A DNA stretch of 56,077 bases, counting the filler, from Jimgerdemannia flammicorona (taxonomy: Eukaryota), in NCBI GenBank assembly GCA_003990765.1. It is 3 parts of 3 records of this genome, joined end to end, with 100 filler letters (N's around TTAATTAATTAA, not from the genome) between each part and the next. Parts side by side here need not be neighbours in the genome. Positions count along the whole stretch, not along the records: positions 37,456 to 56,077 come from RBNJ01002157.1; 2 more parts are not named here. One strand, given 5' to 3'. The position numbers and the translations under genes are program-made. Below are positions 53,001 to 56,077 of this stretch, piece after piece. Position 1 is the stretch's first letter; each line of letters opens with the position of its first letter. A model generated the notes under the pieces. The model had not been told where the DNA came from, did no database searches, and saw only the letters and a program-made list of their open reading frames with translations.

Positions 53001-55940
53001 CCTTGAGAGATACTTAGAGGATCTCTTCCCTTCCTCTAGCCTCTGCCACTGTAGTCACATAGCCATTCTTCACACCCTCATCTTCTCCTCCTCTCTCAAT
53101 ACCTATTGCAACTTAGTGATCTCTAGCTTTGCTTGCCTTAACCTCCAGTCCTCAACCCCATCTAAGTCCAAAAGATCTACTCAATTCTCCTGCAGTCAGA
53201 CCAATCTAGCAGAGGCCCAGATCACTCTCCTCCTCCTCTGTCTTTCAGCTACTATTCCAGCCTCACTCTAATAAATCTTAATAGCCTCCTTCAACCTTAC
53301 TCAATGAACACCCACTGGTACCCCCTCCTGGACCCAACCCTTCACCTTCTGCCTAATGTCCTTGGTCCAAGTATTCTACAATCCCTTCTCAGTCAGTAAA
53401 GAGAAGTTAAGGTACTAATGTCCAGACCCATTCCTGCTTCCTCCAAACTAGCTATATCCTAATAAGCCCCAATAATCTGACCACAGATACTACTCAATCT
53501 TCAGAGACTTTCAGATGTCTAGACCCCAGTAATCAGCTGTCAGAACCCAGTCAATTCTAGTCTCCAGGCTCTCTACCCAGTGAGTATAGACCCTTCTATC
53601 TCTCCACATTGCTTGACTGGTGTCCACTAGAGAACTAAGCTACTCTATCTCCTCCCAACCCTCCAGGCCACCACTTCAACTACCTATATTCCTCCTCCCA
53701 TCTGTTCTGTCTAACTGTACCAAGCAAACTATGTTGAAGTCCCCCCCTAGTATCTCCACTCCTATCTCTGCAATCACTTTACTATCTATAAGACTATCAA
53801 TCTACTCTATATGCTTTCTCCTAACCACTGGATAGTAGTAAGTCTCAACTATAATTGACTTCTATCTCAGTCAATACTACTCTCCCTAAACCATATAATC
53901 CTCTCAGATCCTGCTATCACATATTTCTCCTTGTTCTCTCTATACCAAAATTTCAATCTTACTATTTCAGACTACATCTCTACTCTATTCTCTCATCTAC
54001 TTCTGTTGCTCAAAGTCTCTCTCAAATTATATATTCTATAGCAGAAAGAGATCAGTCTCTAATCTCTTTAACCAAGTAAAAATTTTATAACACCTCTCAG
54101 AACCTCTCAGGTCATTTACATTCAATGAGAAAATATTAGTTGTACTATTTATAGGAAATAATGTTGATATAGACATATCCTCCTCATAACTCTATGTCCA
54201 CTCTCTCTCCAGCCAGATCCAATCTATGCTCAGCAGCAGCCTCAGCCTCCTCAACCCACTTGGTTTTCAGTTCAACTAATAGCTCATTCAATACTATATC
54301 ATTCTTTAACTCCATCTCCTCCTAGTACTCTAAGTAAGCCTCTTGTAAAATTTTCAATCCATATCTCTGTTCCTATCAGAAGCCTATATACTCCCTAGCT
54401 ACTGCTGCCATCTCTGCTCCTCTTGTAACATCTACCTCATAGCCCTCCTCATTCAGATACACTGCTAGCATCTTCTTTGCCAGAGCCTCCACAACCCTAT
54501 CTCTTTACATAATTCCTGTCCAGTACTCCTCACTAATAACTCACAGATCTACATCACCCAACTTCTCTGCTGCTAAGTTGTTCATCACCTGGTATATCCA
54601 CTACAAGTCTCCAATCTTCTTGCCCCCAGGGGTTGCTGGTTGGCCAGCCCCAAGTATCACAGTATCTGTCCCAGTACTTGTAGACTTATTCCACTCCTCC
54701 TCAGAGACATCCACCAGCTCCTCCTCTTCAATCTCAACTACCTATCTTAGATACTCCAAATCTAACATGGTGAGTCCTCACCATCTCTACATCCTCACTA
54801 GCCATTAGCTGGATACCCTAATCCTTCCTTTCTATATTCTAATCCTCCTCCCATACCTCCAGCATATCATTATCATAGAGAGTCTGATTCCTCTTCTCCT
54901 GGTTTCTACTTATATGCTTCAGTACCCTCCCAACCTCCACCTCTGCCCAGATACTCTCCTTAGCTCTCTCAGTCTCCTCTTCTAAGCTTGTCTTCTCTTT
55001 CTTCTTCTCTTTCAGACTCACTAATAGCTCCTTCTGCCTCTTATGTCTCTGAGCCCTCTCTCACATACTCTTGTTTATCCAAATATATTTTTCACCTACT
55101 ATCTCCAAATGTATTGATTTCACATAATTCTGCTATATCTTGGCCTACTGCTTCACTACCCCACTGAGCTCCTCCAGTGCCTCCTCCTCTTCTACACTCT
55201 CCTTTACTCTCACTTTACAGATAAAGGCTCTTTATATCATTACTATCAGTTAATCTTACAGTCTTCCAGTAGTCTTCTTCCCTGCCAGTCTAAGGCAAAC
55301 ATCCACATTCTCTGTCCTAAAAAAGGTCCCCTCCCAGATCTGAAACCCAATATCCACCACCTCACTATATTCAGCCATAATCTCCTCAACCCTTCTCCTC
55401 ATCTCAACCACTGTCACTGTGGATACTTCTTTTATTAGGAGCTGAACCACTCTTGAGTCTTACCTCAAACAATATACCATAGGAACCACTACCTCTCCTA
55501 TAGTCAACTCTGTCATCATCATCTCCTCCAGAAGTCCAGCCTCCTTAAAGCCCACCTCAATCTTCTCCAATCTCTTCAGGAACTTCACTGAAGCTACCTC
55601 AGCCATCTACTTCAAAATCAAACCCAAAACCATCTTTATCATAACTACTAATCCCCTGAAGTACAGTGTGACTGCAAACTCTGAAATCAATTTCTTGAGC
55701 AACAGAGCTACTGCCAGTCCTATTATACTATTAGCCAGGTCTCTAGTCCTCTCTAGTCCCTGTGATCCAGTTCTACTATCAGCAGCCATATCTGGATTTT
55801 TTTCTAGATCCCCAGTCACTCTCTGATCAGTAGTTCCACTACTTCTTCCAGCCACTGCTCCACCAGTTCTTTCACCTGCCACCTGAGATACTGACCCTCC
55901 AGCCCTCACCTTTTTCAACTTTTCCTTACTGCTCTCCTAT
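50050..55940 (-). mobile_element. Decayed non-LTR retrotransposon (LINE, APE-RT type, probably L1/Tx1-like); ORF1 ~55918-54200, ORF2 from 54176
   Basis: ORF2 start NIFSLNVNDLRG; APE motifs LGGDFNIV, TRIDWVL, WSDY; RT motifs FLDQKKTY, ISQEDPLSFILY, TFVDNIV, GAKLNWHK; many stops; 3' boundary approximate. Confidence 0.85.
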
Positions 55941-55975
<35 letters not shown>

Positions 55976-56077
55976 GTCACTCAGACTTTGCTATTTATTA
56001 CCAGTCTATATATATATTTACATTATCTCCTCTCACTATCCAATCCCCATCAGGGAATCCCCCTTCTCTCTCACCCC

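Overview
Eukaryotic, intron-containing fungal DNA (gene set, intron style and TE load suggest an early-diverging fungus such as a Mucoromycota member; inference only), with two 100-nt assembly gaps carrying a TTAATTAATTAA linker. Host genes: SQT1/AAMP-like WD40 protein, sphingolipid delta-4 desaturase, VPS37A-like ESCRT-I subunit, RanGAP (RNA1), U2AF large subunit, the first exon of ALG2 and, after a gap, the last exons of dolichol kinase (SEC59). About 3.4-16.8 kb is a CpG-rich nested inverted-repeat (foldback-like) complex made of four long copies of one modular unit with internal sub-repeat arrays. 26-31.5 kb and 38.7-56 kb are AT-rich, CpG-depleted decayed transposons: a full-length Ty3/Gypsy element that has a dUTPase, a Cys/His module, a long ORF inside its LTR (U3) with a candidate internal promoter, and a 1-kb 9-mer-repeat insertion in one LTR; a truncated sister Gypsy; a decayed LINE; and TIR-element remnants. 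The most notable observations are the LTR-embedded accessory ORF and the nested foldback complex.
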